Source: Candidatus Moraniibacteriota bacterium (GTDB taxonomy: Bacteria; Patescibacteriota; Minisyncoccia; Moranbacterales; UBA1568). Taken from it: a DNA stretch of 64,000 nucleotides. The notes under the pieces are model-generated. The model was given only the letters and a program-made list of their open reading frames with translations. It was not told the DNA's origin and did not search any database. Position 1 is the first letter of the stretch, and each line of letters opens with the position of its first letter. Of this stretch, positions 38,854 through 47,770 are shown piece after piece. The stretch covers positions 716,020-780,019 of the forward strand of contig JAQTYF010000001.1 in the NCBI GenBank assembly GCA_028688415.1, in the 5' to 3' direction. The translations under genes and the position numbers were made by a program.

Positions 38854-40389
38854 CTACTCTTTGAATCGATATTGTAGGGCTTCTGTGAGATGTGATACTT
38901 CGATAGTCGGAGATGATGAGAGATCGGCAATTGTTCGTGCTACTTTGAGTATTCGCATATACGCTCGTGCCGAGAGTTTCAGTGTCGAAACTGCACTTCT
39001 GAGTATTTCTTTGGTTTCATTGTTCAATACACAAAACTTCTTCACCTGATGACTCGTCATTTCTGCATTTGTTCGACAACCAGCCCCTTTATATCGTTCT
39101 TTCTGCAGTGCGCGAGCACTTTCGACACGTGTTCGAATAGCGCTACTTTTTTCAGCATCTCTATCCTTTCCTTCCAATTTTTCGAATTTGACTCGTGGCA
39201 CATCGACATGAAGATCAATACGATCGAGAATAGGTCCTGAAATTTTCTGTCGATACCGAACCACTTGAAAAGGAGAACAAGAGCAAATACGTTCCGGATC
39301 ACCGTTGTGTCCACACGGACAAGGGTTCATCGCGGCTACCAGCATAAACCGTGCCGGAAAATGAAGCGATCCCTTGGCTCGAGAAACAGTAATTTCCCCT
39401 TCTTCGAGTGGTTGACGAAGATTCTCCAAGACTGATCGTGAAAATTCTGCGAATTCATCGAGAAACAACACTCCTCGATGTGCCAAACTGATTTCCCCGG
39501 GACGAGGAAATGACCCTCCGCCCACAAGAGATACTGCGCTCGCCGAATGATGCGGCGCACGAAATGGTCGTATCATAATAAGCGCATTATTTTTTGGCAA
39601 ACGTCCAGCGATGGAAAATATTTTGGTAATTTCGAGACTTTCTTCGAGATCCAATCGTGGAAGAATTGTTGGAAGCGTTTTAGCGAGTAATGTCTTTCCT
39701 GATCCTGGTGGTCCGATAAAAAGTGTATTGTGTCCGCCAGCCGCTGCAATTTCCAGCGCTCGTTTCGCATGTTCTTGACCGAGGACGTACGACATATCAA
39801 GATCATTGTATTCTTCAGCAGAAAATATTACCTCTTTCCGTTCGTACGGTACGAGACGATTTTCTCCCGTGAGATGCTTGGCAATATCAAAAAGATTGTG
39901 TACGGGGATTACATCAATACCAAGAACAAGCGATGCTTCATACGCATTTTCTTTTGGTACATAGAGTTCTTCAAAACCATTTTCTTTCGCATACAAGGCA
40001 ATTGGCAAGACTCCTTGTACTTTTCGTGCACTTCCATCGAGTGCCAATTCTCCAATAAACAATTTTTTTCGATAATCAAAGGCTATCTGTTCTGTTGCCA
40101 AGAGAAATCCAAGTGCCATCGGAAGATCATAGATCGGTGTATTTTTGGGAAGATCAGCAGGAGCAAGATTCACCGTGACTCGACCACACTGATGTGGTGG
40201 TTTGAATCCGCTATTTTTTAGTCCAGCACTCACACGATCGCGTGATTCTTTGATCGAGGTATCAGGAAGTCCAACCAATGTAAATGTATGAAGTCCAGCA
40301 GAAAGCACATCAACTTCCACTTCTACAGAAACACTTTCAAGCCCGAGTGTTGTCGCAGAATATACTTTTGCTGACATAACTATATACAA
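38854..40389 (-). CDS. YifB/ComM-family Mg-chelatase-like AAA+ ATPase
   Basis: N-terminal subtilisin-like/Lon-like domain start (VYSATTLGLESVSVEVEVDV), Walker A FIGPPGSGKTLLAK, C-terminal Mg-chelatase domain. Confidence 0.85.
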   Translation of the reverse strand: MYIVMSAKVYSATTLGLESVSVEVEVDVLSAGLHTFTLVGLPDTSIKESRDRVSAGLKNSGFKPPHQCGRVTVNLAPADLPKNTPIYDLPMALGFLLATEQIAFDYRKKLFIGELALDGSARKVQGVLPIALYAKENGFEELYVPKENAYEASLVLGIDVIPVHNLFDIAKHLTGENRLVPYERKEVIFSAEEYNDLDMSYVLGQEHAKRALEIAAAGGHNTLFIGPPGSGKTLLAKTLPTILPRLDLEESLEITKIFSIAGRLPKNNALIMIRPFRAPHHSASAVSLVGGGSFPRPGEISLAHRGVLFLDEFAEFSRSVLENLRQPLEEGEITVSRAKGSLHFPARFMLVAAMNPCPCGHNGDPERICSCSPFQVVRYRQKISGPILDRIDLHVDVPRVKFEKLEGKDRDAEKSSAIRTRVESARALQKERYKGAGCRTNAEMTSHQVKKFCVLNNETKEILRSAVSTLKLSARAYMRILKVARTIADLSSSPTIEVSHLTEALQYRFKE

Positions 40390-40401
40390 AAATTAAAAAT
40401 C

Positions 40402-40830
40402 TCAAATATTTTCTGCATGTTCTCTCCGCCACTTCCATACTACTCCGATGACTCCGAGAGTAAGAGCAATATCAGCTATATTGAATACAGGAAGAGAAAA
40501 AATAGCGATATAATCCATTATACAGCCAAAAGTAAAGCGCTCCAAAATATTCCCCAGACCACCAGAAAGTATCAAGAAGAAGGGCCAGCCACCGAAGAAA
40601 GAAGAAAAGAGTTTATTACGAAACAGTATTATGATAATCATTATGCCTACAGCACTTCCGAGAGACAACCAGGAAGGAATCGAGATACCGAATGGTCCAT
40701 TATAATTACACACAATTTCTCTATATGGAGAGAAAAAGAGCCAGAGATGAAGCCAAATTTGTACCCAAATAAAAAAAACCACAAAAAGTACTGGAATGAA
40801 TACTTTTTGCAGTTTTATCAAGTCGAACAT
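40402..40830 (-). CDS. lspA: Lipoprotein signal peptidase II
   Basis: Four-TM small protein with an FNIADIALTLGVIGVV motif and ILERFTFGCIMDYIAIF. Confidence 0.8.
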   Translation of the reverse strand: MFDLIKLQKVFIPVLFVVFFIWVQIWLHLWLFFSPYREIVCNYNGPFGISIPSWLSLGSAVGIMIIIILFRNKLFSSFFGGWPFFLILSGGLGNILERFTFGCIMDYIAIFSLPVFNIADIALTLGVIGVVWKWRREHAENI

Positions 40831-40837
40831 ACGTCTG

Positions 40838-41182
40838 TTATGCCACTGTACGTGCGGAAGGATACGCCATCAAACGATCAGTATTGATTTGTTCTCCTGT
40901 TTTCTCACAAACGCCATACGTTCCTTGTGTCATCTTTTCCAGAGCATCATTCACATCTTTCAATTGAGCTTCGAGATTGACTTCCAATCCAAGATTATCG
41001 ATATATCCTTCTACCTCAGTTGTATTGTCTTCTAAATCAGTACCGAGTTGTTCAATTTGTGTTTCATAGTTACCAGCGATATCTGTCGATTTTGCAAATA
41101 CAGAAAGCTCTGCTTCCAAACGGGCTTTTTCTTCCATCAGTTTGCTTTTGAGAGTGGCCAGTGTTGTTTCATCAAGTGCCAT
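40838..41182 (-). CDS. DksA/TraR-family protein with a degenerate (single-Cys) zinc-finger region
   Basis: Coiled-coil N-terminus and C-terminal GTYGVCEKTGEQINTDRLMAYPSART, which resembles the DksA C-terminus but has only one Cys. Confidence 0.5.
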   Translation of the reverse strand: MALDETTLATLKSKLMEEKARLEAELSVFAKSTDIAGNYETQIEQLGTDLEDNTTEVEGYIDNLGLEVNLEAQLKDVNDALEKMTQGTYGVCEKTGEQINTDRLMAYPSARTVA

Positions 41183-41240
41183 AGAATTGTACCAAAAAAA
41201 TTATTCTTAACTTCAGTGTACCAAAAAAATGGTACTTTGT

Positions 41241-41630
41241 CTACAAAAAGATATGCTCCAAATGTCGTATAAAAGCTTTTTTGGACGTTTCATCATAGAG
41301 GATAGCGAGTGCATCAAAATGATAGGGCATTGATTGACACTTTTTTTCACGCAAATAGTACGCTACAATACGTTCCAATTTATGAAGCTTTGCTCGTGTG
41401 ATACTCGATTCAGGGACGAGAGCACCTCCTTCTCTTCCTAGACGTGTTTTTACCTCAACAAAAACAAGTTCTTTCCCTTTCTTTGCCACAATATCGATTT
41501 CTCCTAATCGTCGGCCAGAAGTATTACAATAATTTGTTTCAAGAATCGTGTATCCTTTATCCTTCAAGTATCGACAACCAAGTGATTCACCAAGCGATCC
41601 AGATTCTGATTGTACAAAAAATGTTCCCAT
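41241..41630 (-). CDS. yraN: YraN-family (UPF0102) predicted endonuclease
   Basis: GESLGCRYLKDKGYTILETNY...EIDIVAKKGKELVFVEVKTR. Confidence 0.8.
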   Translation of the reverse strand: MGTFFVQSESGSLGESLGCRYLKDKGYTILETNYCNTSGRRLGEIDIVAKKGKELVFVEVKTRLGREGGALVPESSITRAKLHKLERIVAYYLREKKCQSMPYHFDALAILYDETSKKAFIRHLEHIFL

Positions 41631-41706
41631 ACGTATGAGATTATTCTACCACGTTCAAAAATAATCAAGAAAGGAATCGATATTAATAGAAACCTTTCTT
41701 TTTATG

Positions 41707-41832
41707 ACAAGAATCTTTCTGGGAGAGTTGGAGTTTTTTTGAGCACGGTGCCGTCGTTTCGACGGATCAAAAAAAGTCCATAAGAGAAGTTCAAACGCTT
41801 CGGTGAACGAATGACTCCCAGGAAGGTTGCTT
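41707..41832 (-). ncRNA. Copy 1 of a conserved ~125-bp structured element (long terminal inverted repeat closing two internal hairpins) about 75 bp upstream of yraN; candidate cis-regulatory leader RNA or MITE-like element
   Basis: Closing helix ctgggag/ctcccag, internal hairpins ccgtcg-ttt-cgacgg and gttca...tgaac. Second copy at 46193-46325 has compensatory changes. Strand is inferred from its position upstream of minus-strand genes. Confidence 0.4.
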
Positions 41833-41865
41833 GTTATAAAAAGAATCAACATCTATCTTCTCTAT

Positions 41866-42560
41866 CTACGTCAGATGTAGATTATAATTACCCCGCATGC
41901 CGCGGGGTTTATTGTTTGTAGCTATGCTAAACGCATAGACAAACAATAAAAAAACGGCCTTTGAAGCCATTATAGTGTTTATTGATTGTACCCGGACGGA
42001 TGAAATGTTGGTGTCCGGGCGTACGACGCCCAAATAGTAAAATCTTGGCTGTACGCCCGAACGTTGCATGTGCCAACAGGTATGTCGGTTATGTAGCTTC
42101 CGGGTGAGAAAGCATAATAATCCATTGATCATTCCTGTAGTTTGTGCTCATGCTATTTTCGCATTTGTCCTAACTGGCAAATACTTCTCCCTTCACCGTT
42201 CTCTGGCACGTAGCCTTTTGTTTTTTTTGAAAGAACGATTTTTTGTTTCTTTTTGTTTTTTTCCTGGGTTTTTATTTTTCAGGAAGAACAAATTTTGTTT
42301 TTATTTTGGTCCTCGTGTTAGGGCGAGGCGGTTTCGATACATTGTCGAAACACTTGAACAGTGATGGAGGTTTCATCCACAACAGATTATTGAGAAAGAA
42401 AAATCCACCACCGTTTGAGAACATCTGGTAAAGGAAAGATTGTCAAAGATCATCACTTACAAATTCATTATAGCAGAAAAATGGTCTTGGGTCAACGGAG
42501 AGAGACGTCTTTTCCTTTGTCGTCGGCATTCTTTCCCTTCTTTTCTTTTTCTTTTTTCTT
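41866..42560. other. ~700-bp GC-rich, hairpin-dense non-coding island (candidate structured RNA gene of unknown class)
   Basis: No credible ORF. GC content is clearly above the surroundings. Several perfect hairpins, for example ccccgcatgccgcgggg, ttattgtttgtagctatgc/gcatagacaaacaataa, and gtacccggac...gtccgggcgtac. Confidence 0.3.
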
Positions 42561-42574
42561 TTTTCTTTTCTTCA

Positions 42575-42610
42575 AGAAAAAAAGAAGTCGCCGACTTTAT
42601 TTTTCTTTTC
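42575..42610. terminator. Small hairpin (aagtcgccgactt) between an A-run and a T-run; possibly bidirectional (3' end of 42621..43751 and of any plus-strand RNA from the island)
   Basis: aaaaaaagaagtcgccgactttatttttc. Confidence 0.4.
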
Positions 42611-42620
42611 TTTCAAGCCT

Positions 42621-43751
42621 TTATTTCACATTCTTATCAAGGATAGCTGTCAATGTATTTTTACTGGTTCCGATATACCAATGATTTTTCGTGATCGCAT
42701 AATCCAGAGAGATATTTTTTTCAGTATCCACATTTGCATAGCGTATCGCAATCGGAGCAGTATTCATCGAAACACGAGAAGTATACACATTAGATTTAAA
42801 AGATGTAGATTGAGAAACAGTGATATTTGGTCCAAGGAGCAACATTCGTAAAGCGTACGGAAGTGTATTTTCACTCTTGGAAAGTAACGAGACAACAGCT
42901 GTCTGATTTTTCAAAAGCAAATCTAGACCAATACGTACTTTTCCTGCATCGTTATACATATAGAGTGAAAAAGATTCATCAATATTTGAAAGCAGTTCAG
43001 GATTCATTTCCAGCTTAAGAAGAAGTGCAAAACGACTAAATGCTAATTTATTATTATTTTGATCAGTGATAAGAAACTCGACTGGTTGTTCGATCGAAGC
43101 CTCGCTGATACGTGTCGATACAGAACGAAGCGTATTTCTGATGTCTTCGACAGATACTGTTTCGATATTAAGAGGAAGATAATTAGCGGTATTCAAAGCA
43201 TAGGGAGACACCAGAGGAACAGTTTCTTCAACTACCGCTGGTACCACTTTCTCTTCGGATGTTTGCGTTGCTGACACAGAAGAAGTCGCTCTTACAACAA
43301 TAAAATAATAAGCAATTCCACCACACGCAAGCAAAACAAGTAGAACGATTATTGCGATCCAGAGCACTTTTTTTCCTTTTGGAGCATCGAGTTCAATGTT
43401 CGTATCCGAAGTATTTGACACTCTCCCTATTTGTGTTTCTTGTGCTTGTTTGGGAGGTATTCCTGATTGTGGTTTTGGCGCTACCGCAAAAGGATTGACA
43501 AACTGTTCAGTATTAGCGGTTACTGGAATTGTTTCAGTTATTTTTGCGATATCTTGCTGAAAAGGATTCTTTGGTCGAGACTGTTGAGAAGGTAATGGAG
43601 CAGAAGTAGAAGCAGGAGTAATGGGCACCGGAACTGAATTATGTTCCTGAGCAATAGGAGAAGAAATATTGATGTGATTCTTCAGTGCATCAAGATCACT
43701 TTGCATTGTCCGAACTGCAGGCGTTTGATTTTTTGCATCAAGGAATGACAT
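42621..43751 (-). CDS. Membrane-anchored hypothetical protein with a low-complexity P/T/S/Q-rich N-terminal region
   Basis: 376-aa ORF with a single TM (WIAIIVLLVLLACGGIAYYFIVV). No motifs. Confidence 0.5.
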   Translation of the reverse strand: MSFLDAKNQTPAVRTMQSDLDALKNHINISSPIAQEHNSVPVPITPASTSAPLPSQQSRPKNPFQQDIAKITETIPVTANTEQFVNPFAVAPKPQSGIPPKQAQETQIGRVSNTSDTNIELDAPKGKKVLWIAIIVLLVLLACGGIAYYFIVVRATSSVSATQTSEEKVVPAVVEETVPLVSPYALNTANYLPLNIETVSVEDIRNTLRSVSTRISEASIEQPVEFLITDQNNNKLAFSRFALLLKLEMNPELLSNIDESFSLYMYNDAGKVRIGLDLLLKNQTAVVSLLSKSENTLPYALRMLLLGPNITVSQSTSFKSNVYTSRVSMNTAPIAIRYANVDTEKNISLDYAITKNHWYIGTSKNTLTAILDKNVK

Positions 43752-43848
43752 AGAAAAAATTTATTGCAGATAAAAGAAAGAGGAAGAGCATTCTTCCTCT
43801 TCATTATACCATCAAATATTTTTTTTGCACAAACTCTTTGCAAAAAAT

Positions 43849-45969
43849 TTATTTTTCTTCAGCAGATTGATGAAGCGTTGCCTTGTGCGAAAGATTGATA
43901 CGTCCTTGATTATCGATTTCTTTCACAAGAACAGGAATGATATCGCCAACATGCACAACATCTTCGACGTTTTCTACACGCTTATCAGAAAGTTCTGAAA
44001 TATGAATGAGTCCTTCTTGGTTGGGTAATACTTCAGCAAAAGCTCCAAAATTCATAATACGTGTGATACGTGCCTGAAACAATTCTCCTGCTTTTACTTC
44101 ACGAGTGATATTATTCACCCATTCTACCGCCTTGGCAGCACTTATTTCATCGGCTGAGGTAATAAATACTGATCCATCGTCTTCAATATCAATAGAAACA
44201 CCTGTTTCATCGATAATCTGATTAATCATCTTGCCACCAGGTCCGATAACATCACGAATTTTTTCTGGATTGATATGAAGTGTGATAATACGTGGAGCGT
44301 ACGGAGACATTACTTCTCGAGGGGCAGGAATCACTGCGAGCATTTTTTCGAGTATTTCGAGACGAGCAATTTTGGCTTGAGCGACAGCGACACGGAGTAC
44401 GGCAGGTGTTAGTCCATCGATTTTCACATCCATCTGCATAGCAGTAATACCATCTTTCGTTCCTGCTACTTTGAAATCCATGTCTCCATAATGATCTTCG
44501 AGTCCCTGAATATCAGTAAGAATCTTGTAAGCACCGTCTTTTCCTGTGATGACACCCATAGCGATACCTGATACTGGCTTACGAATCGGTACACCCGCAT
44601 CCATAAGTGACAGTGTCGAACCACAGGTCGAAGCCATGGAAGAAGATCCATTAGAAGCGAGTACTTCTGAAACCAAAATAATTGTATATGGGAATTCTTC
44701 ACGAGAAGGAAGCACTGGAACAAGCGCTTTTTCTGCTAATGCTCCATGACCGATTTCACGACGTCCAGGTCCACGCATCGGACGTACTTCTCCGACTGAA
44801 TAGGGAGGGAAATTATAGAAATGAATATAACGCTTCTTCTCATCTGTTCTCATGGTATCAACAACCATTTCATCACCAGGAGCACCAAGTGTTGTGACTG
44901 TAAGCGCTTGTGTTTCACCACGAGTAAAAAGTCCAGTACCATGTGTTCGAGGAAGAACACCTACTTTACACCATATAGGACGGATTTCTGTCAGCTTACG
45001 ACCATCTGGACGCTTTTCTTCTTTGAGAACATTTTCGTGAACGATTTCATCAGCGACCTCATCAGAAATGAGACTGAGAAGTTCATCCATTGAACTCTGT
45101 TCTGGATAGGTTTCTTTGGCCCAGAGAGCCACCTTGGCAGAAATAGCAGACATTTTTTCTTCCATTGCTTGTTTTGGCAACAGATAGAGAGCTTCTCCCC
45201 ATCCTTCTTTCAAAAAAGCTTCTTTCACAGCTGTTTCAAATTCCTCTGATCCACGGATGAGTGCTGGCTCTGATTTTATCTTGCCAGCTTCGATACGTAC
45301 AGCATCGATAAACTCTGTAATTTTTTGAATAGCTATAAATCCAAATTCAAATGCTTCAATCATTTTGTCTTCGAGGATTTCATTGCCACCTGCTTCGATC
45401 ATATTGATCTTTTCGTGTGTTCCTGAAAGAAGAAGATCGAGAGCGCTCGACTTCACTTCTTCCACAGTTGGATTGAGGATAAATGACCCATCAGAAGTAA
45501 GTCCAACACGTACAGCAGCAATCGGACCATTCCACGGAATGTTAGAAAGACTGAGTGCAACAGAGGCGGCAATCATCGCAACTGTATCATAGTTGTTCTC
45601 GCCATCATACGAAAGTGTTGTGAGGACTACTTGTACCTCGTTTCGCATACGACTGTCAAATAAAGGACGAATCGTGCGATCCACTGCTCGTCCAGAGAGA
45701 ACGGAATCATCCGATGGACGGCCTTCACGCTTGATAAAACGAGATCCTTTGATCTTTCCTGCAGCGTAATAACGTTCTTCAAAATCTACCATGAGAGGGA
45801 AATATCCCGTAATTCTCGAGGCACCCTTGCTCATTGTGGCTGTTGCCATCATCACTGTATCGCCGTAGCTCACTGTGACAGCACCACCCGCCTGCTGTGC
45901 CCACAATCCAGTGACGATTGTCAGTTCGCGTCCTCCGATCTGGAGAGACCATTTTTTTTCTTCTTGCAT
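43849..45969 (-). CDS. pnp: Polyribonucleotide nucleotidyltransferase (PNPase)
   Basis: Two RNase PH domains, then KH ([16 protein letters not shown]) and S1 ([33 protein letters not shown]) domains. Start set at the internal ATG at 45969, which is preceded by aaagggg. Confidence 0.9.
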   Translation of the reverse strand: MQEEKKWSLQIGGRELTIVTGLWAQQAGGAVTVSYGDTVMMATATMSKGASRITGYFPLMVDFEERYYAAGKIKGSRFIKREGRPSDDSVLSGRAVDRTIRPLFDSRMRNEVQVVLTTLSYDGENNYDTVAMIAASVALSLSNIPWNGPIAAVRVGLTSDGSFILNPTVEEVKSSALDLLLSGTHEKINMIEAGGNEILEDKMIEAFEFGFIAIQKITEFIDAVRIEAGKIKSEPALIRGSEEFETAVKEAFLKEGWGEALYLLPKQAMEEKMSAISAKVALWAKETYPEQSSMDELLSLISDEVADEIVHENVLKEEKRPDGRKLTEIRPIWCKVGVLPRTHGTGLFTRGETQALTVTTLGAPGDEMVVDTMRTDEKKRYIHFYNFPPYSVGEVRPMRGPGRREIGHGALAEKALVPVLPSREEFPYTIILVSEVLASNGSSSMASTCGSTLSLMDAGVPIRKPVSGIAMGVITGKDGAYKILTDIQGLEDHYGDMDFKVAGTKDGITAMQMDVKIDGLTPAVLRVAVAQAKIARLEILEKMLAVIPAPREVMSPYAPRIITLHINPEKIRDVIGPGGKMINQIIDETGVSIDIEDDGSVFITSADEISAAKAVEWVNNITREVKAGELFQARITRIMNFGAFAEVLPNQEGLIHISELSDKRVENVEDVVHVGDIIPVLVKEIDNQGRINLSHKATLHQSAEEK

Positions 45970-46192
45970 ATGATATACCCCTTTGAAGACAAGAGTAGAG
46001 AGAGGATTCAAAGCACAAAAGTCAGAAAGTAAAATATTTTCACTCTCTGATCTTTGAGATTTGAACTCTTTCAGCCATTTCTTGGCTATAAATAAGGTTA
46101 TTAATGAATACATTTGCCCTTGTACTCTACCGAAAAAATCACCTTTTGTCAATAAATTTTGAAAGATATTCTTGATTTTAAATATATTTTTT

Positions 46193-46325
46193 CACAAGAA
46201 TTTTTCTGGGAGAGTTAGAATTTTTTTGAGCATGGTGCCGTCGCATCGACGGATCAAAAAAAGTCTATAAGGGAAGTTCACCGCTGGGTGAACAAACGAC
46301 TCCCAGGAAGATTGCTTGTGATAAA
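46193..46325 (-). ncRNA. Copy 2 of the conserved structured element, in the pnp leader between the NYN gene stop and the pnp start
   Basis: About 85% identical to copy 1. Helix-preserving substitutions (ccgtcg-cat-cgacgg; gttcacc-gctg-ggtgaac). Confidence 0.4.
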
Positions 46326-46398
46326 ATATATATATACAAAAAAACTCCAAGAAAAAAAGTTCCACATACAGTGGAACTTTTTCACTTTTGATAAAAGA

Positions 46399-46929
46399 TT
46401 ATATCAAAAATCGTTTTTTATTCTCAGAAAGATTGATGAAGTCATCTACTTGTTCAATAAGCTTTTGACTCGCAGATTCTGCAAAAGCAATCACTTCTAC
46501 ACGACAACCGCTAATACTCTGGATATATTCTACAAGCGAGACATAATCTCCATCGCCAGAAACAATGACAACAACATCGAGTTTTGCCGCCATTTTAATG
46601 GCATCAACAGCAATTCCAACATCCCAATCCCCTTTTTTCGATCCATCAGGGAAAATCTGGAGGTCTTTGGTCTTCACTTCAAATCCGCTTTTTTCGAGTG
46701 CTTCGAAGAATTTTTCTTCTGTCGCTTCAACGGTTTTGATGCCATAAGCAATGGCTCGAATAAGCTTACGCTCACTCGTCGCTGCGAGAAGCACATTCTT
46801 GAAATTTACTTTCTTGTTATAGAGAACGCGAGCGCTATAATACAGGTTTTGTATATCAACAAGCACGCCAACCCTCTGTTCTGCAAACTTTGCCATAATA
46901 ATATTACTAATGAGTCTCTCTAAAAACAA
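46399..46929 (-). CDS. NYN-domain (LabA-like) protein, predicted RNase
   Basis: VGVLVDIQNLYYSA...VVIVSGDGDYVSLVEYI are the typical NYN/PIN-like Asp motifs. Confidence 0.7.
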   Translation of the reverse strand: MFLERLISNIIMAKFAEQRVGVLVDIQNLYYSARVLYNKKVNFKNVLLAATSERKLIRAIAYGIKTVEATEEKFFEALEKSGFEVKTKDLQIFPDGSKKGDWDVGIAVDAIKMAAKLDVVVIVSGDGDYVSLVEYIQSISGCRVEVIAFAESASQKLIEQVDDFINLSENKKRFLI

Positions 46930-46935
46930 AAGAGC

Positions 46936-47202
46936 TTACTTAAGCTCCAGAGTTTTGATGACTTCTTTATAAGATTTTTCATTGGTCTTTTCGAGATAGC
47001 TCATCAGTTTCTTTCGTTTGGAAACCATCTTGAGCAATCCACGACGGGAATGGAAATCTTTCTTGTTTTTCTTCAAATGCGTCGTCAATTTCTTGATTTG
47101 CTCAGTAAAAAGAGCGATTTGATATTCTGGCGATCCAGTATCTTTATCGTGTCGCTTTACTGCTCCCGTTACCTTTTCCTTCTGCTTGTGCGTCAGTGCC
47201 AT
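46936..47202 (-). CDS. rpsO: 30S ribosomal protein S15
   Basis: 88 aa: MALTHKQKEKV...GSPEYQIALFTEQIKKLTTHLKKNKKDFHSRRGLLKMVSKRKKLMSYL. Confidence 0.9.
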   Translation of the reverse strand: MALTHKQKEKVTGAVKRHDKDTGSPEYQIALFTEQIKKLTTHLKKNKKDFHSRRGLLKMVSKRKKLMSYLEKTNEKSYKEVIKTLELK

Positions 47203-47384
47203 GGCTTTGTTCAGCTCTATACTCGTGAAAGATACTTTCTCTCACCAACATATGCTATATAAAATATATTACTTTCACACAATACCATACACTTCTCTGT
47301 TTAGCAAATTATTTGACTTTTGAAAGAGGAAATGTTTTACCAAATCGTCCCTAATCCGAGGACATTTACAAAAAGGAATAAAAG

Positions 47385-47702
47385 ATGACAAACGAAGACG
47401 CAGGGGTAGGCGTGCCAAGCGTGTTGCACCTCGAACGGAAACATGGCCCTAAAAAGAATTGGAGAAAAATGGCCATTTCCGCTCGCAAGAAAAAAATCGA
47501 GCTTAAACTCGGTAATGATCTGCCCTCTGATGGCAGGATCTTCGCCTGGTTTACTCCTCAGGCAGTGATTCTCCAGCCGAGTTTCAAGATCACTGTTCGG
47601 GGCAATACGGTACGTCCGTATGAAGAAGTAACCATCCCACGAATGAGCGGTCAGCATGACCTCACCATCTGCGGCGTCAAGTACGGCGCTCGCGCCAACT
47701 AA
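47385..47702 (+). CDS. Orphan GC-rich ORF (105 aa), hypothetical
   Basis: ORF preceded by aaagga. Local GC is markedly higher than the genome background. No motif recognised. A fully overlapping antisense ORF (47337..47657, minus) also exists, so coding status and strand are uncertain. Confidence 0.25.
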   Translation: MTNEDAGVGVPSVLHLERKHGPKKNWRKMAISARKKKIELKLGNDLPSDGRIFAWFTPQAVILQPSFKITVRGNTVRPYEEVTIPRMSGQHDLTICGVKYGARAN

Positions 47703-47770
47703 GGCGCATCATATTTCGAGAAACCCCTCGAAAAAAACGGCCCGAGCAATGTCTCCGGTCGTTTTTCATT

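Noticed and set aside
41866-42132. 88-aa minus-strand ORF in the GC-rich island
   Set aside because: It lies within a region dominated by long perfect hairpins and has atypical composition with no start context. It is better explained as structured RNA or DNA.
41860-42560. Assignment of the island to RNase P RNA, tmRNA or SRP RNA
   Set aside because: I could not find the universal P4 (GGAAAGUCCGG / ACAGAAxCCGGCUUA) motifs, the tmRNA tRNA-like 3' end with CCA and a plausible tag ORF, or the SRP domain IV motif. The class is left open rather than forced.
47703-47770. Possible terminator hairpin after the GC-rich orphan ORF (aacggcccgag...ccggtcgttttt)
   Set aside because: Stem complementarity is poor in either orientation. 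Not convincing.
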